From positions 124,001 to 188,000 of the forward strand of contig FLMG01000368.1 of the NCBI GenBank assembly GCA_900088475.1: a DNA stretch of 64,000 bases, in the 5' to 3' direction. Within the stretch, counting starts at the first letter, position 1; each line of letters starts with the position of its first letter. Below the pieces are notes generated by a model. That model made no database searches. It saw only the letters and a program-made list of their open reading frames with translations, and was not told the DNA's origin. Both the position numbers and the translations under genes were made by a program. The stretch is from Hyphochytrium catenoides. Its lineage: Eukaryota; Protista; Hyphochytriomycota. This document shows, one piece after another, positions 61,582 to 64,000 of this stretch.

Positions 61582-61655
61582 GCCAGCGCAAAATTGCGCT
61601 TGGTAGGTGTTGCGCTGAGCGACATGAAGTCAAGGGTTCAAATCACTCCTTGGCA
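61582..61655 (+). pseudogene. Degenerate tRNA-like element (pseudo-tRNA or SINE head), apparent anticodon CTG
   Basis: 74 nt with acceptor-like pairing GCCAGCG/CCTTGGC+A (6 of 7 pairs), anticodon stem TGTTG/CGACA around a 7-nt loop, and B-box GGTTCAAATC. The D-arm and T-stem are defective. Confidence 0.3.
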
Positions 61656-62380
61656 TAAGAATAGTGAACGATGATTAGTTGTCACCGCCTGTCTACTCTT
61701 TGGACAATTCTCGCCCACCTTGTGTGAGGCTTGAAACCTGGTGACAATGAGTTCTCTCTTTTTGCCGATGATGGAAGCGTCAGGCCACAATAATTTTGAG
61801 ACGCAATGATATGCATATTGTTCTATGAGTAGCTCATAGATTCATCCTCACTCGTAGACTCGTAGTTCTTTAGCTAGTTCTTTACAAGGTGTGGATGATG
61901 GCATGAACTTCACCAGCAGCAGAATGAGTGCCTTTTTTGCTGTTATTAGTAGGGGTAAGAGCTACAGATGTGTTGCCCCACAGACAGTAAACAGATGGGC
62001 GGCAGTTTGTTGTTCCGTATTAGTGTTATGAAGACTCTTCATCTTTGGAGGAAGATTGATGGACGACGGCGCATGTAACTACGACGACCTGTGGCTTGTT
62101 TGGCGCTGAGAATAGATGCATAACAGCCTACCAACTGCTGTCTCTCGCAGACGGCCGCGAGTTTGCCAGCAGTCAGCTTTATGAATAAAATTATCTTCTT
62201 CTTTGTCCTTGGCGAAAGTCAAGGCTTTCTTACCCAGGATACCGTCTCCTTCAAGCATCGATGGCTGGGATGTCCTAAAAGCTTTACCCTCCCTAACCTT
62301 GGGAGTCCCTTGGCCAGAAATAAATCATAGCAAGTTCTTTTATGATGAAGAAGGGCCGTAGCTCGTACTAACTATCTAAG

Positions 62381-64000
62381 TTACCAAGCTTTCATGCCTG
62401 GTCTCTCCCCAGCTGCGGAAGAAAAGTCATAGCTCAATAACTTCATTTTCTCATAACCCACAAAAGTTACTACCGCCACCGGAGTTGTCTTGAGCATATT
62501 TGGAACCAGCCCTCGATATAAGGCACGGATGCCTCCTTCCCGCACCGTCGCGCTGAAGGCATGCAATGCGCCCCTATATGTTGGGAAGGTGACTGAACCC
62601 TCCCATGCTCCCTGCACCTGCAGTTTCCGTCGGACGACGTCCAGGGGATAGGTGACCACCTGAGCAATCCCAGAGGACAAAACGCTGCACGCCAGCTGCG
62701 AGATCACTGCAGGATGACCCAGCTCTTTGCTTTTGGTGTGATGAACCACCACCGCAGGCCGAAAGAGCTCATAGAGAGTGTAACTCAGACCGATGTAGGG
62801 CACAGCACCCAAGGCTGAAGGCCAGAAGCCCCGATAGAGAGCCCAGACTCCTTCATCTCGCACCACTGTAGATATAAGATGAGCGATAGAATTGTATCTT
62901 GCCTTAGGTCCATAGGCTTGTTGAACTGTCATCCGTGCCCTAGCAAACTCCAGAGGGTAAACTGCGGCCGTTGTGAAGAACCCTGCCATGCCCCCAGCGA
63001 GCAAGTTCACAACCTCGGGCGAGAGCTTTCTGTCTGAACTTCTCAGAAACCCTTGAAAGGTGTTGAAGAGTGTGAAATTGAGCGGAATTGTTGGTATAAG
63101 GCGCACTGCGTTGGCGCCATTACCCACGAAGAAGCCTCTGATACCGTTATTCTGCAGAATCCTCCCAGCTGCGGACCTGACATGGGAATAGGGGCTCACT
63201 GCCGCCGGCCGAGTTTGCATCAACAGCTTGATTCGTTCAAACGGAGCGACAACTGCTCGAGCCGCAATAGCAGCAACGATGGCTGACAAAAGGGTAACTG
63301 CCTTTCTGCCTTCAAGCTCAATGTCCTCCGGAGGCTTCTTGTTGACTCCTAGTGAGGGTAGACGCAGCGCAGAGTCCAGCTGAGATTTCTCCCAGATAGC
63401 CTGAAATCTGTTAAATTGTGAAACAGGCAAAGAGAAGGTCAACCTTGATTAATAGAGGGTGGACAAATGGAAGGTCAATATTTCCCGCCGCCAACTTACC
63501 CTATGACGTCCTCCCTGATTTGACTCAGACATTGGCGGAGGATCAAGGGATGCTTCTTAGTCTTTAATACTAGGCGAGTGAAGTCATCGAATGATAGGGT
63601 ACGAGAGCCGTCCGGACCAAAGGTAGCTTGAACGAAGTTGAGAAAGTCTGCGGAGGATACGTTTTCATTGTGCTCCTCAGCCCATGAGTTCAGCCCAGCG
63701 ACGAACTCCTCTCTGCTAATTAGGCCCGTCTTGACGGCAGTGGGACAGAGTAAGCGAAAGGCAACATCTATTCCCAAGTTGGGAGGAAGAGACGGATGTA
63801 ACGTTAGAAAGCGCGAATCTTTCACAAGCCTTTCTTACGCGTTTCCTCACCTGCCAGAACTTTGTCCGTCTTTTTTTCTGAAAAGAGCATGTCAAAGTGA
63901 GCAAACTGGGAGAAGTTGATGACGCCAGTCTGGTTCGGGTCAATAAGGCGCTCTGCGAGCTTGATGTGTGCCTTGCTGACCCTGACAGGTGCTTCATTCC
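62381..64000 (-). CDS. Mitochondrial carrier (SLC25) with N-terminal EF-hand-like region, ATP-Mg/Pi- or CoA-carrier-like; 5' end outside the window
   Basis: Three Px[DE]xx[KR]x[KR]-type motifs (PFERIKLLMQ, PLEFARARMT, PLDVVRRKLQ) and EG..ALYRG motifs. The upstream exon has EF-like segments KTGLISREEF and DGSRTLSFDDF. Confidence 0.92.

Noticed and set aside
1-64000. CRISPR arrays, rRNA, intact transposase or reverse transcriptase
   Set aside because: No repeat-spacer arrays, rRNA-like sequence, or DDE/RT/integrase motifs were seen in the sequence or ORF track.

Overview
Compact, intron-rich eukaryotic DNA of about 50% GC. Introns are short (mostly 55-125 nt), almost all GT-AG with CTRAC-like branch points. 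The gene content is consistent with a flagellate protist, possibly a stramenopile (inference). More than half the window (3943-38801, minus strand) is one gene of roughly 58 introns encoding an approximately 10,000-aa protein with an N-terminal signal peptide. It contains about 22 fibronectin-III domains, about 9 filamin-type Ig repeats, 3 PA14 domains, 6 CxxC modules and about 35 copies of an unnamed ~90-aa 'EVQ...GGxFxL...ALE.L...W.VTF...GD.P.L' module. These domains are nested inside one another rather than arranged in tandem. In several inserts the number of stacked lead strands equals the number of following headless module bodies, which predicts a branched, stalked extracellular filament. 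The rest of the window holds an EpsinR-like ENTH protein, a 3-mercaptopyruvate sulfurtransferase, a WW protein, a 3xNDK/Dpy-30/5xadenylate-kinase-like probable pseudoenzyme, a small membrane protein, a phosphatidate cytidylyltransferase, a two-cNMP-domain protein and a 5'-truncated EF-hand mitochondrial carrier. There is also a degenerate tRNA-like element and an unexplained first ~3.9 kb. Exon boundaries and domain counts were derived by eye.
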